Below are positions 1 to 10,045 of a stretch of 64,000 nucleotides of DNA, one piece after another. The DNA is taken from positions 1 to 64,000 of the forward strand of contig CAVRAG010000003.1 in the NCBI GenBank assembly GCA_963718895.1. The letters are read 5' to 3'. Numbering within the stretch: position 1 is the first letter of the stretch; the number at the start of each line of letters is the position of its first letter. The stretch is from an uncultured Nitrososphaerota archaeon (GTDB taxonomy: Archaea; Thermoproteota; Nitrososphaeria; Nitrososphaerales; Gagatemarchaeaceae). The translations under genes and the position numbers were made by a program. The notes under the pieces are model-generated. The model was not told the DNA's origin. It saw only the letters and a list, made by a program, of their open reading frames with translations, and made no database searches.

Positions 1-473
1 GCCCGGGAGGTCAACGACGGCTATGCCGTCGCACGTCTGCCAGCTCACCGTCGAAGGGCTCGCGGAGGCAGGTGAGAAACTGGCCGGCTCCGAGGATTGC
101 CGTACTCGGGGTCGCGTTCAAGGGGAACACCTCGGACACCAGAGAGTCCCCGAGCCTGTCCGTAATCCAGGAGCTCGCTGAAGGCGGGGGCGGTGGTCGT
201 CGTGCACGACCCGCTCGTCAAGGGCGACGACCCGCCGGCTGCGCGCCCTCAGGGTCGAGACGCGCCAGGAGCGTGCGGGAATCCCTCAAGGGCGCGACCG
301 CCGCGCTGATTCTGACCGACCACCTCGAGTACCGCGGGCTGACGGGAGCTTCGATGAAGAAGTCGGGACCGGCGCTCAGGGTCGTCGTCGACGCACGCCA
401 CATCCTCGACCCCTCAGAGGCGCGGTCGGCCGGGCTCATCTACCGGGGCGTCGGGCACGGAACTGCGGACTAG
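1..473 (+). CDS. Nucleotide-sugar dehydrogenase (UDP-ManNAc/GlcNAc dehydrogenase family), C-terminal part; frameshifted and truncated by the window edge
   Basis: AREVND at window start, RIAVLGVAFKGNTSDTRESPS, LILTDHLEY, VVVDAR; spread over more than one frame. Confidence 0.8.
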   Translation, partial: PGGQRRLCRRTSASSPSKGSRRQVRNWPAPRIAVLGVAFKGNTSDTRESPSLSVIQELAEGGGGGRRARPARQGRRPAGCAPSGSRRARSVRESLKGATAALILTDHLEYRGLTGASMKKSGPALRVVVDARHILDPSEARSAGLIYRGVGHGTAD

Positions 474-485
474 GCGGGCCTGCGC

Positions 486-1058
486 ATGAACCGGCAGGAC
501 CTTCGCCCCGTGCTCCTTACGATAATCCTGTACGCCACGCTCGACCTGCTCTTCACCTGGATCTCCCTGTTCACCCGTCCTCCCGGGAGCCTGATAGGAC
601 TCTTCAGGAGCGCGGACACGATTCCGTCGCATCTTCTGCTCCTGGCGGCCGGAGGAGTCGCGCTGGGCCTAATCTCGACACTCGTCTTCAGGCGGTTCGA
701 CCTGGGCCTCTTGGTCCTCATCCCGAGCATCGTCGTGCTGACCGACTTGGACCACCTCCCCTCCGCGCTCGGAATAGCCCAGCCGATACGGCCGGCCCAC
801 TCCTTCATCTTCATAGCACTGGCGTTCATCCTCGTCGCAACTGTAATAAGGCGTCCAGACCTGTCGTTCGCAGTCATGTCAGGGTTCTTCGCTCATATAG
901 GGGTGGACACGGGCCTCTTCCCCCCTCTCTCCCCGGTCTCTTTCGACTACTACACCCTAGGGAACTACCAGGCCGAGTTCCTGGTTCTGGCTCTGGTCTC
1001 GGCTCTCACCGCCGGCTACCTGGGCAAGAGGCGGGCCACCGGGAAGCGATACGCATGA
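486..1058 (+). CDS. Membrane protein, YdjM-like metal-dependent hydrolase
   Basis: Several hydrophobic helices with DLDH...HS...AHxxxD metal-binding pattern. Confidence 0.55.
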   Translation: MNRQDLRPVLLTIILYATLDLLFTWISLFTRPPGSLIGLFRSADTIPSHLLLLAAGGVALGLISTLVFRRFDLGLLVLIPSIVVLTDLDHLPSALGIAQPIRPAHSFIFIALAFILVATVIRRPDLSFAVMSGFFAHIGVDTGLFPPLSPVSFDYYTLGNYQAEFLVLALVSALTAGYLGKRRATGKRYA

Positions 1059-2465
1059 AGACCAGCCAGAGGGAGATCAAGAGAAGCCACTCCGTCCTGA
1101 ACCTCTCCCCCGAGGAGGTGGTGGCCCTCCTGAAGAAGCACGAGCTCAGAGTCAGCATACTCGGCTTGGGGAGGATCGGGCTGCCGACGGCCGCGGTCTT
1201 CGCCGAGGCAGGGGCACGGGTCACCGGAATCGACATCGACGAGCAGGTCGTGAAGCAGACGAACGCCGGGGTCTCGCGGCTTACCGACGAGCCCGGGCTC
1301 GACCTGGTCGTCAAGAAGAACGTCGCCGAGGGGAGGCTGAGCGCGACCCTGAAGCCCGAGACGGTGCTGCACGACTCTGACTTCATCATCATATGCGTCC
1401 CAACGCCGGTGGACCTCACAAAGTCGCCGGACTACGCGCGCCATCAGGGCGCGTCTCGCACACCGTCGGCAAGTCCCTCTCGAAGGGGAGCATCGTGATA
1501 GTCGAGAGCACGGTCGGACCGGGTGTGGTCGAGGACATCGTCGGGTCGATAATCGAGGCCGAGTCGGGCATGAAGGCCGGACGCGACTTCGGACTGGTCA
1601 GCTGCCCCGAGAGGTCGGACCCCGGGTCGATCATGAAGAACATGCACTCCGTACCCAGGATAGTCGGGTCGACCGACGTCCACTGCGGCGACCTCGTGGC
1701 CGCCCTCTACCGCGAGGGCTTGGGCGTCGAGGTCGTCAGGGTCAGCAGCCCGAAGACCGCGAACGCCGTCAAGCTCACCGAGAACCTCTTCAGGGACGTC
1801 AACATAGCGCTCGCCAACGAGTTCGCGCTGCTCTACGAGAAGTTCGGGATAGACACCGTCGAGGTCATCAACGCATGCGCGACGAAGTACAACTTCATGC
1901 CGCACTACCCGGGAGCGGGGGTGGGCGGACCCTGCCTGCCGAGCAACTCGTACTACCTGATTAACGAGGGGCTCAAGGTCGGGAACATCCCCTACCTGAT
2001 CAGGCTGGCCAGGGAGGTCAACGACAGGATGCCGGACCACATGGTCGAGCTCACGGCGGAGGCGCTCAACGAGATCGGCAGGACGGTGAGCGGCGCCAGA
2101 ATAGCGGTCCTCGGGATAGCCTACAAGCCCGACGTCAAGGACATACAGCTGACCCCATCGAGCGCATCATCACCAGGCTCCGAGAGATGCACGCGGTCAT
2201 CGAGGTCTACGACCCTATGTTCGCGGGCGAGGAGGCGATGGGCCTCGTCGTGCACAAGACCTTGGAGGAGGCGGTCAGGGGCGCGAACTGCGTGATAATC
2301 GGCACAGCGCACAGTGAGTTCAAGAAGATCGACCTCGCGTCGCTGGCCAGGATGACCGCGAGAAAGGTCGCCATCGTGGACGGGAGGGGTGTCATCTCGC
2401 CGGCTGAGGCGAAGAGGGCGGGGTTCGCGTACCGCGGTGTGGGACGGGTCGCGCTCTCGACCTGA
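1055..2465 (+). CDS. Nucleotide-sugar dehydrogenase (WecC/WbpA family), two frameshifts
   Basis: GLGRIGLP, ICVPTP, ESTVGPG, CPER, KLTENLFRDVNIALANE, PGAGVGGPCLP, LGIAYKPD joined across ORFs 1055-1498, 1393-2295, 2187-2465. Confidence 0.9.
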
Positions 2466-2607
2466 GGTCCGCGGCCTGGTCCATCAAAGAGCCGGAGGGT
2501 TCGGCACGGGGTCGTCCGCAGGTCTCCTGCAGCCCACAGGTGTCCGCGATCGCACCTCTCCATCCCGCCTCACAATCCAATTATACCGACCGTGGCCGCG
2601 AGGCCCC

Positions 2608-3570
2608 GTGGCTAGTCCCTCGAGCGGTCAGCCCAAGTTGACGGGAAAGGTTCAGACGCTGGCATTCGGTGGCATGGAGTGGACGGACATCGTCGACCCC
2701 ACTGCAGACGAGACCGCCCTGCTGGGGCGCGAATACGGGTTCCACCCCCTCGACCTGCAGGACTGTCTCACCGGGAAGGTGACGAAGGTGGAGGACCACG
2801 GCGACCACCTGTTCATCCTGCTGCACTTCCCCCAAAAGGACAGTCAGGGAATCGTGGTCTCGGACCGGGTATCGATGTTCCTCGGAAAGGATTACCTGGT
2901 TACGCTCCACGCGGGTGACCTCGAATCTGTCGCGCGGCAGTTCGCCTCCTGCAGGGATGACGACCAGGAGCGTGTCTCGTCGATGAGGTCCTCGACCTTC
3001 CTGGCCTACAGGATGATCGACAACCTTGTGGGTACCATCTTTGCAATCCTCGACGACGTCCAGGGCGACCTGGATGACATCGAGTCCGTCGTGTTCGACG
3101 AGAAGAAGTCGCAGGCCGGACCAATCAACCACGCCCGCCGCCAGATAGCGACACTGGGTCGCATCGTCTTTCCCCTGAGGCTGTACCTGCCCGACCTCTC
3201 GAAGGCCCAGAAGTTCAGCAAGGAGGACCTCTCGATCTACTTCAGCGACCTCAATCACAAGATCGGCATGTCCTCGCGGACCATCGACGAGATGAAGGAG
3301 ATGCTGGAGATATACAAGGACACCGACTTCGTGACGAGCAGCAACAGGACGAACAACGTCCTCTCGGTACTGACGATCCTCTTCACCCTGACCATCCCGG
3401 CGAGCCTGCTGAGCTCCGTCTACGGGATGAACATCCCCCTTCCCGGCGGGCTGACGACTGGGCCGCTCGAGTTCGCAGGCGAGTACTCGTCCTTCCTCGT
3501 CATATTCATCCTGATGGTGATCCCTGCTCTGGTCATGGTCTGGTACTTCAGACGGGCCGGCTGGTTCTAG
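2608..3570 (+). CDS. corA: CorA-family Mg2+/Co2+ transporter
   Basis: FHPLDLQDC, YGMN signature followed by two C-terminal TM helices; GTG start estimated. Confidence 0.9.
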   Translation: MASPSSGQPKLTGKVQTLAFGGMEWTDIVDPTADETALLGREYGFHPLDLQDCLTGKVTKVEDHGDHLFILLHFPQKDSQGIVVSDRVSMFLGKDYLVTLHAGDLESVARQFASCRDDDQERVSSMRSSTFLAYRMIDNLVGTIFAILDDVQGDLDDIESVVFDEKKSQAGPINHARRQIATLGRIVFPLRLYLPDLSKAQKFSKEDLSIYFSDLNHKIGMSSRTIDEMKEMLEIYKDTDFVTSSNRTNNVLSVLTILFTLTIPASLLSSVYGMNIPLPGGLTTGPLEFAGEYSSFLVIFILMVIPALVMVWYFRRAGWF

Positions 3571-3627
3571 TCCTCCCCGGCGACCCTTCGGAGACCGAGC
3601 TGTCTGCCGATTTCTCCGGCGAGGGCC

Positions 3628-3951
3628 CTACCGGCCCATCTCTGCCTGGATCAGCTCGGCGAGCTTCTGGAAGTAGAGCCTCGTGGCCATCGGCATCCCC
3701 TCGAGGTTCCGGTCGATCGCCTCGAGCACGTATCCGACGGCCCGCCTCGAGGTCTTGAACTCGAACTTCATCGGCAGGATCTCGTTCTGGATGACCTGGA
3801 TGCTGTCCCTGAGGTGCTCGGGAGCCCTTGCCTTGGCGTCCCTCTCGATGCGCGAGTACCACCCAGCGAGGACGTTGGTGTCGAGCCCGAGCTTGAGGCC
3901 CTCAATCTCCCTGACGAGGCGCTCGATCATTCTGGTCTCTTCGTTGGCCAT
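3628..3951 (-). CDS. Conserved hypothetical protein (107 aa)
   Basis: ATG start, host-like codon usage, coupled to upstream zinc-finger gene. Confidence 0.7.
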   Translation of the reverse strand: MANEETRMIERLVREIEGLKLGLDTNVLAGWYSRIERDAKARAPEHLRDSIQVIQNEILPMKFEFKTSRRAVGYVLEAIDRNLEGMPMATRLYFQKLAELIQAEMGR

Positions 3952-4364
3952 TAGCTACACTTCATTTGGAAAATTTCATCCTTTTCGTACTCGGCTTCCC
4001 AGGCGTGCGTGCTGTTTCTGGCCCTTCTTAACGCTAGGAGCGTGTAGCCCTCGGGCTGCTCCCCGATGGCCTTCTGGAAGATTCCCTGCACGGTGTCCTT
4101 CTCTTCGTCGTAGTTCCTGATTATGTGCTGCCTGTACTTCTCGACCTCCTTCATGTGGTCCTTCAAGCAGAGCGTCTTGCCCTGGAAGCGCGAGGACGTC
4201 AGCCTCTTGACCTCCTCCCCGCAAACGTCGCACCTCACCTTCTCCATTCCGCAGCTCATGCAGACCCTCCCCACCCCTATCACGAGCGGGAAGCTTCCCG
4301 GGGCGGTCTCCTCCTTGCCACAGACGGCGCACTTCGCCGGGGTCTTCGAGCTCAGGTGCTGCAT
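3951..4364 (-). CDS. Zinc-finger hypothetical protein
   Basis: CxxC x3 plus CxxxH (CAVC, CMSC, CDVC, CLKDH). Confidence 0.7.
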   Translation of the reverse strand: MQHLSSKTPAKCAVCGKEETAPGSFPLVIGVGRVCMSCGMEKVRCDVCGEEVKRLTSSRFQGKTLCLKDHMKEVEKYRQHIIRNYDEEKDTVQGIFQKAIGEQPEGYTLLALRRARNSTHAWEAEYEKDEIFQMKCS

Positions 4365-4582
4365 GTCCGTTCGGAAGGCGTCATCGCTTAATACGTTTCT
4401 GTCGACGGGACCACGCGCTCTCTAGGGAGCCACCAGTCGGCTTTACACCCTTTGAGAGCTCCGTCTCGTCCTGGAGCGAGCTGGGTCCAAAGTGAAACCA
4501 CATTAGACTGTCTTGCTCACGCTGTTATGCTCGACGGGGACTTGCACAGAATTAAAAGACCTGTCCGCAGAGAGACCGAGAG

Positions 4583-6731
4583 TTGGCTCGGGCGAGTTCT
4601 TCCGGCTTTAGCTCGCTGTTGCTGCGTTGTGGTTCCTGGCTGAGGGGCACCCGACATTACCTTGTCCTCATTCTCCTTGACTTTGTCTTCTACAGTGGCT
4701 GGTCCGTGCTTACTGGCATCCCTCCAGCCGGCGATATCCGGGCCCACATCTTCCGGACCTTGGAGTTTGCCCCCGGGTTGTTCGGCGGCGACTACACGTC
4801 GATCCAGTATCACGGATACGCGTTCTTGGCCGGATACGGCATCGGATTCTACACGATAACCTGGTCGATGTACTCGTTCCTCTCGATCTTCTTCGCGAGC
4901 TTCCAAGCGGCGACCATCGCCTGCAACGTCATGTGGGTACTGACCCCTCTCGCTCTCGCATTCTCGGCCGTCGCGCTCGTTGACGCGCTTGGCGTGAGCT
5001 GGTCGTCTCACCGGAAGCGAATGCAGGTCTTGCTGGGTGCGACCGTCCTGCTCTTCCCCGGGGTCGTGGGGACCAACCTTGCCGGTTCGGATCCGTACAT
5101 GTTGAGCTTCGCATTCTCGCTTGTTGCTCTGGCATACGGCCTGCGCTCGAGGAACGGAGGTGGCGCACTCTTCGGTCTTCTAGCTTTCTCTGCCCTCTCG
5201 ATCTACACCGAGGGCTTCGGCTATTTCTTCATCGGAGCCGTCTTCCTCGGGCTGCTCGCGACGCGGAGGCCGGTCCTCAAGGTCCTCCCTGTCCTCGCGG
5301 CGGTCACCGCCTTCTCATGGGTGCAGCTGCTGGAGGTGTCGCGCTACATGACCCCGTACATCGAGGAGGTGCCGGCATTTGTGATCGGCTTTCTCCCGGC
5401 CTTCGCTGTCATGACGCTGATCGTCTGTGCCTACTCTTGCGTCATCTTCGTCTTTAGGGACAGGCTTGATGAGCGCTATCGCGCCGATCTTCATCGTGGT
5501 GACGATCACCGTTCTCGCGGCAGCAGCCGCCGTTGCCAGAGGCTCCTTTGGACTGGACTTTGGCCCACTGAACGCCCTGATCGACAACATACTCCCCTGG
5601 CGGCTCCTCTTCGTCAACCTCCCGGTGCTTCTCATCGTCTCGGTCTATTCGTGGAGCGACGGGAAGGTCGGGCTCCCCGGTCTCCGGAAGGGACTGGCCG
5701 TCGTCTCGATCGTCCTGGTCTCAGCGCCCATCCTCCTCGGGACCTATCCCATAGCCTTCGGACCTATGCCTTCTGCCGGGGAGTACCAGGCCTTCTCAGG
5801 GAGCCGTCTCCTCGTTGCAGGCCCGGCGCTCCTGTCCCCTGCGAGCCCGATCACATACTCCCCCGCCTTTGGTTACTCGACCGTCAGCGGGGCGTTCAGC
5901 CAGGGTGACCCCTCCTTCTTCTCCCTCACGGCGTACTATGAGTGGTCTGACAATCTGGTGAGCAATAGCGTGGTCGCGGAGAATCTCATGCACTTGACAG
6001 GAGCAAACGAGCTGATAGTGAGTTCCGACAACGCTCCTACGCTCGGCAACTCCTCCATTTCGAGCGCCGAGCACAGTTACTCTCAGGCTGAGGCGGTTAC
6101 GCCCATACTTCTGGAGGCGCCAAATCCTACCGAAGCGCTCGAGTTTGCACTCTTCGTCAACCTTCTTGGGAAGGACGGCTTCACCCTTGACTTCGTGACG
6201 AGCCCTACCACCAGCCAGGTCTTTGGAGTTGTGGTGCTGCCGGGGTATCAGGGCACAACTATTGGCGGCCTCCCCAGGTACCTCGTTCAGAACAACTCCT
6301 TTGAGTCCTCCAACCTGGGCGTGCCTCTCGTCAAGCCGTTCGTCAACCTACCTCTCGAGCCGTTTGGTCCAGCCTCCAACGCTTCCCTCGAGGCTGCATC
6401 TTCGATGGCAGCGTCCCTGATCTCGTTCTTCCACCCCACCTATGACCCTGTCACCCTGATCGCGGGACAGAGCTACTACTCCGTGTCGTCCAACTCGTCG
6501 TTGCCGATCCAGATCGCGGTGAGCTACTACCCGTACTTTGCGCCCGCAAACTACTCGCAGAACGTCTATCACTTCATGTTGCTTCCGGGACCGGAGAGGA
6601 TTTCCTGGCACCTTCCGTACTACGAAGTTGCCGCAGCAGTATCCTTGGTGGCTTCGCTGGTGTGCGCTCTCTTCGCCGGGAGGTTCCTGCGGAAGGACCT
6701 ATCTGCCGGACCCTCTCGAGCGGAAGCATGA
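4583..6731 (+). CDS. Polytopic membrane protein, possible GT-C glycosyltransferase-like; frameshifted near 5430-5490
   Basis: Many TM segments, D-x-x-x-H in first loop (GDIRAH), large extracellular C-terminal domain with terminal TM; ORFs 4583-5908 and 5427-6731 join. Confidence 0.5.
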
Positions 6732-6742
6732 AGGATTGGGTC

Positions 6743-7519
6743 TCAGATTAGCTCGGCCAGCTCGTCGACGCTCCCGATAACCGCCGTCGCCTTGGTCTTG
6801 GCCTTCCCGTCATAGACTCCCGTCCTCACGAGTATCGAGTCGATTCCCGTCCTGTGGGCGCCCTCCACATCCGTGTCTTCCTGGTCTCCTATCATCACGG
6901 TCTCCCCCTTCGTGCAGCCGGTCTGCTTCATCGCGACCTCGAACATGAACGGAGACGGCTTCCCCACGGCGAACCCCTTCTTGCCCGAGCCCCATTCGAT
7001 CGCCTTCAGGATCGGCCCGACAGTGATCGCCGGCCCGTTCCTGGACATGTAGAGCATGGCGGAGTGGTTCGCGACTATGTGCGAACCTCCCCTGGCGAGC
7101 TGCACGGCCTTGTCGAGCTTCCTGTAGGTCAGCTTCCTGTCCAGCCCTATCGCTACCACATCGGCCTTGCTCCCGCGGGTCCTCGTCAGGCCGACGCTGT
7201 CCAGCTCATCGGCGAAGCCCGACTCCCCCACCAGGAAGTAGGTCGCCCGGCCGTATCTCTTCGCTATGTACTCCGCCGTGGTCCTCGCGCTCGACAGGAT
7301 CTCATCCTTGGCCACAGCGATCCCATGGGCGTTGAGGCGCCTGTGCACCGTCCCGACGGAGTCGGTCGAGTTGTTCGTGATTATCCTGAGCATCTTCCCC
7401 TGGGACCTGATCCTTTCGAAGACCCTGGTCCCGCCGATCTTCACCGGAGTGTCCCTCCCCTTGAGGAGGACCCCGTCGAGGTCGAAGAGGAAAAGCCTCT
7501 TGCCCGATAGGTCTATCAT
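6743..7519 (-). CDS. HAD-IIA family hydrolase (NagD-like)
   Basis: FDLDGVL, ITNNS, GKPSP, MIGDQEDTD motifs. Confidence 0.92.
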   Translation of the reverse strand: MIDLSGKRLFLFDLDGVLLKGRDTPVKIGGTRVFERIRSQGKMLRIITNNSTDSVGTVHRRLNAHGIAVAKDEILSSARTTAEYIAKRYGRATYFLVGESGFADELDSVGLTRTRGSKADVVAIGLDRKLTYRKLDKAVQLARGGSHIVANHSAMLYMSRNGPAITVGPILKAIEWGSGKKGFAVGKPSPFMFEVAMKQTGCTKGETVMIGDQEDTDVEGAHRTGIDSILVRTGVYDGKAKTKATAVIGSVDELAELI

Positions 7520-7707
7520 CCGACCAGCGTCGGCATATCCCGGTTAATACAGTTCCCTGGCCCTGCTCGGACCGGGGAGTTCGCGGACCTCGCCCACCGC
7601 TTCCCGGACGGATCCAGGACACCGTCCACGCCCCTGTCGGCCTGCTTGCTACGCGAGTCCCGCCGAATCGTCCTCCAGCGCTAGGAACCGCCCTCCGTCT
7701 TGACAGA

Positions 7708-7758
7708 GTTCTCTCAACTCGTCGGAAGCCGTGAAGGGGCATTAACTGTCGATAGCTA
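7708..7758 (+). repeat. Left terminal inverted repeat
   Basis: GTTCTCTCAACTCGTCGGAAGCCGTGAAGGGGCATTAACTGTCGATAGCTA; 46/51 identical to the reverse complement of 9623-9673. Confidence 0.92.
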
Positions 7759-7852
7759 AGGTTCTAGCGCTCCAGAGGAACAATCGAACCAAGAACCCTC
7801 GGCTGTGAGTTGAACAACTCCTGCGGAATGAGGTTCGCTTGGCCCTCTTTCG

Positions 7853-8172
7853 GCCGGCGCAAACAACTTTCACGACGCTTATCGGAGGGAAGTTTGGCCG
7901 CAATTCGGAGAGTCCAAACGCGGTTCACATCAAGGAAATCCATGGCGGCGAAGTCCACAACAACAACAAGATGGAACGCCAGATTGGAGAAGTCTGAGAC
8001 AGGGAGAAAGTGATTCGCGGCATCAAAGAGCGATGCTGCATCGACCATTCTCGGGTACCAGATTTACCACAACAATTTCAGACCAGAGGCCGCAGGAATC
8101 AAGGTAGAAGGTGAGAATCCCTGGGTGACGGTAATCCAAGCGGGTACAGAAGAATCCAACGCAATGGCTTAA
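7853..8172 (+). pseudogene. C-terminal remnant of a DDE transposase/integrase (IS6-like, thaumarchaeal type)
   Basis: Broken frames give GANNFHDAYRREVW, HIKEIH, HNNNKMERQIGEV*DREKVIRGIK, ILGYQIYHNNFRP, EAAGIKVEGENPWVTVIQA; N-terminus missing, internal stop. Confidence 0.75.
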
Positions 8173-8250
8173 TTTCACCCCACCCTCCCATTCTATCTAG
8201 TCGTGAAAGTGCGAAAAGCGTTAATTAGGAAACCCAAGAAGGGAGGAGTA

Positions 8251-8946
8251 ATGGAGAGAGCACCAATGCTGGACATCTCCACTTACACGCCGAGCACACT
8301 TTTGGGTCGTTCGCTTAACGACATTGAAAGCAAGTCTGCCCCAAGCAGAGTCTACGTTGCTGGTGCAATGGAGATTCCTCTTCCCCGCCCCAGAGTTGCG
8401 GTAGTCGGGTCTAGGCAAGCAAAAGCCGAAAGCCTAGCGGATGCTGAATTAATCGTCAAGGCTCTGACACGAGAGGAAGTTGTCATTGTGAGTGGTCTCG
8501 CTAGAGGCATTGATTCTGCCGCACACAAAGCTGCGATTAGTTCGGGTGGCAAGACGATCGCTGTGTTGGGTACTCCTTTAGATAGAGTCTACCCCGCAGA
8601 GAATGCCGAGTTGCAAGCCGAGATAATCAAACATCATCTTGCGATTTCTCAATACGAAGTGGGCTCAGTTGTCACACGCTCAAATTTCGTCCGTCGAAAC
8701 CGGACAATGGCCCTTATTGCAGATGCATCAGTCATCGTGCAAGCTGGCGAGACAAGCGGTTCAATTTCTCAGGGATATGAGGCGCTTCGTCTCGGTAGAC
8801 CTCTCTTCATCTGGAAATCGCTCTTCGAGTCATCTTTGAAATGGCCCAAAGAGATGGTGAAGTATGGAGCAATGATGCTCTCCGACCCGAAGGAGTTGTT
8901 GGAGAATCTGCCATCGAGCAAGAAAGTTCTTGAGATAAGTCTTTGA
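8251..8946 (+). CDS. dprA: DprA/Smf (SLOG) family DNA-processing protein
   Basis: VAVVGSR, VSGLARGIDSAAH, AVLGT, FVRRNRTMA, GETSGS; GGAGG upstream of ATG 8251. Confidence 0.92.
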   Translation: MERAPMLDISTYTPSTLLGRSLNDIESKSAPSRVYVAGAMEIPLPRPRVAVVGSRQAKAESLADAELIVKALTREEVVIVSGLARGIDSAAHKAAISSGGKTIAVLGTPLDRVYPAENAELQAEIIKHHLAISQYEVGSVVTRSNFVRRNRTMALIADASVIVQAGETSGSISQGYEALRLGRPLFIWKSLFESSLKWPKEMVKYGAMMLSDPKELLENLPSSKKVLEISL

Positions 8947-8947
8947 G

Positions 8948-9625
8948 TTGCCCCTGCTTGACCACATTGAAAATTACACCTTAGAATACGGAGCGCTTTT
9001 CGCTTACTCTCCATACGGCACAAGGGAAGAGGAGAGGCTGTCCAGAAGTTACAGGACTGCCGTCAAAGGAGACGAATCCATTTCGATATCCGGGGAGGAG
9101 GTTTTGATGTCAGTTCTCATTGCACGAACGATTCAAGAAGCAAGAAATGATTTACCATTCTGGCGCTTGTTCGACGATAGACCAGTCCTAGTGCCTGCGA
9201 GGAGTACATCGCTAATGAAGGCAGATTCTCTTTGGGTTCCATTGCGAATCGCGACTGAGTTGCATAAAGTGGGGTTGGGAAGTCAAGTATCGACATGCCT
9301 CGAACGAGTACAGCCTCTCCAGAAGGCTGCAACTAGCACAAGTGGCAATCGACCCACAGTCGCGCAGCATCAAGCCTCGCAACGGGTGCAAAAGTTGATT
9401 TCAGAGCCAGAGTCAATCCTGATTGTTGATGATGTTGTCACATCTGGTGCTACGTCGGTCGGTTCTGCCAAATGCCTCAAAGCGGCTTTTCCTAGTGCAA
9501 GAATCTCTGCTTTTGCGGCCATAAGAACCGTTTCGCATTCAGAAAATTTCAAGGAAGTCATGGACCCAGTTCTTAGCCAGATTGTGCTCTATCCATCGGG
9601 AAGGACTCACAGATACCCCGACTAG
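8948..9625 (+). CDS. Type I phosphoribosyltransferase (ComF/ShosT-like)
   Basis: ILIVDDVVTSGAT PRPP-binding loop; starts 2 nt after the dprA stop; its stop overlaps the right IR. Confidence 0.85.
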   Translation: MPLLDHIENYTLEYGALFAYSPYGTREEERLSRSYRTAVKGDESISISGEEVLMSVLIARTIQEARNDLPFWRLFDDRPVLVPARSTSLMKADSLWVPLRIATELHKVGLGSQVSTCLERVQPLQKAATSTSGNRPTVAQHQASQRVQKLISEPESILIVDDVVTSGATSVGSAKCLKAAFPSARISAFAAIRTVSHSENFKEVMDPVLSQIVLYPSGRTHRYPD

Positions 9626-9673
9626 CTGCCGACAGTTAGCGCCCCTTCACGGCTGCCGACGAGTTGAGAGAAC
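9623..9673 (-). repeat. Right terminal inverted repeat
   Basis: Reverse complement GTTCTCTCAACTCGTCGGCAGCCGTGAAGGGGCGCTAACTGTCGGCAGCTA. Confidence 0.92.
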
Positions 9674-9733
9674 CATTGACCGGGCCCCTAAACGTCTAAA
9701 TAACCACACGGGAAGCGGGCAATCGAACATTCG

Positions 9734-10045
9734 ATGACGCAGTACGCCCGGATCAAGCTCACCAGCAGCAACCTCGAGAACCTCGACAGGCTCGCCAGGG
9801 AGATCAAAGACATCACAGAGAAGACCGGGGTGAAGATCAAGGGCCCCCAGCCCCTACCCACGAAGAGGCTCAAGATTACGACGAGGAAGGCGCCGACCGG
9901 CGAGGGGACGCACACCTTCGACCACTGGCAGCTGAGGATCCACCGGAGAATCATGGACATCGAGCCGGACGACCGGACGATGAAGCAGATAACGAAGCTC
10001 CGGATACCCGAAGACGTGAAGATCGAGCTCACGCTGACGAGCTAG
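9734..10045 (+). CDS. rpsJ: 30S ribosomal protein uS10
   Basis: ARIKLTS...GPQPLPTKRLKITTRKAP.GEG..TFDHWQLRIHRR, archaeal-type S10. Confidence 0.96.
   Translation: MTQYARIKLTSSNLENLDRLAREIKDITEKTGVKIKGPQPLPTKRLKITTRKAPTGEGTHTFDHWQLRIHRRIMDIEPDDRTMKQITKLRIPEDVKIELTLTS

Larger units (their letters stand above)
7705..9676 (+). mobile_element. Non-autonomous IS-derived cargo element (decayed DDE transposase plus DprA and PRTase passengers)
   Basis: 51-bp inverted repeats 7708-7758 / 9623-9673; TGAC direct repeat at 7701-7704 and 9677-9680, each 3 bp outside an IR; visibly lower GC inside. Confidence 0.85.

Noticed and set aside
7764-8048. 94-aa minus-strand ORF inside the IS element
   Set aside because: Antisense to the transposase remnant.
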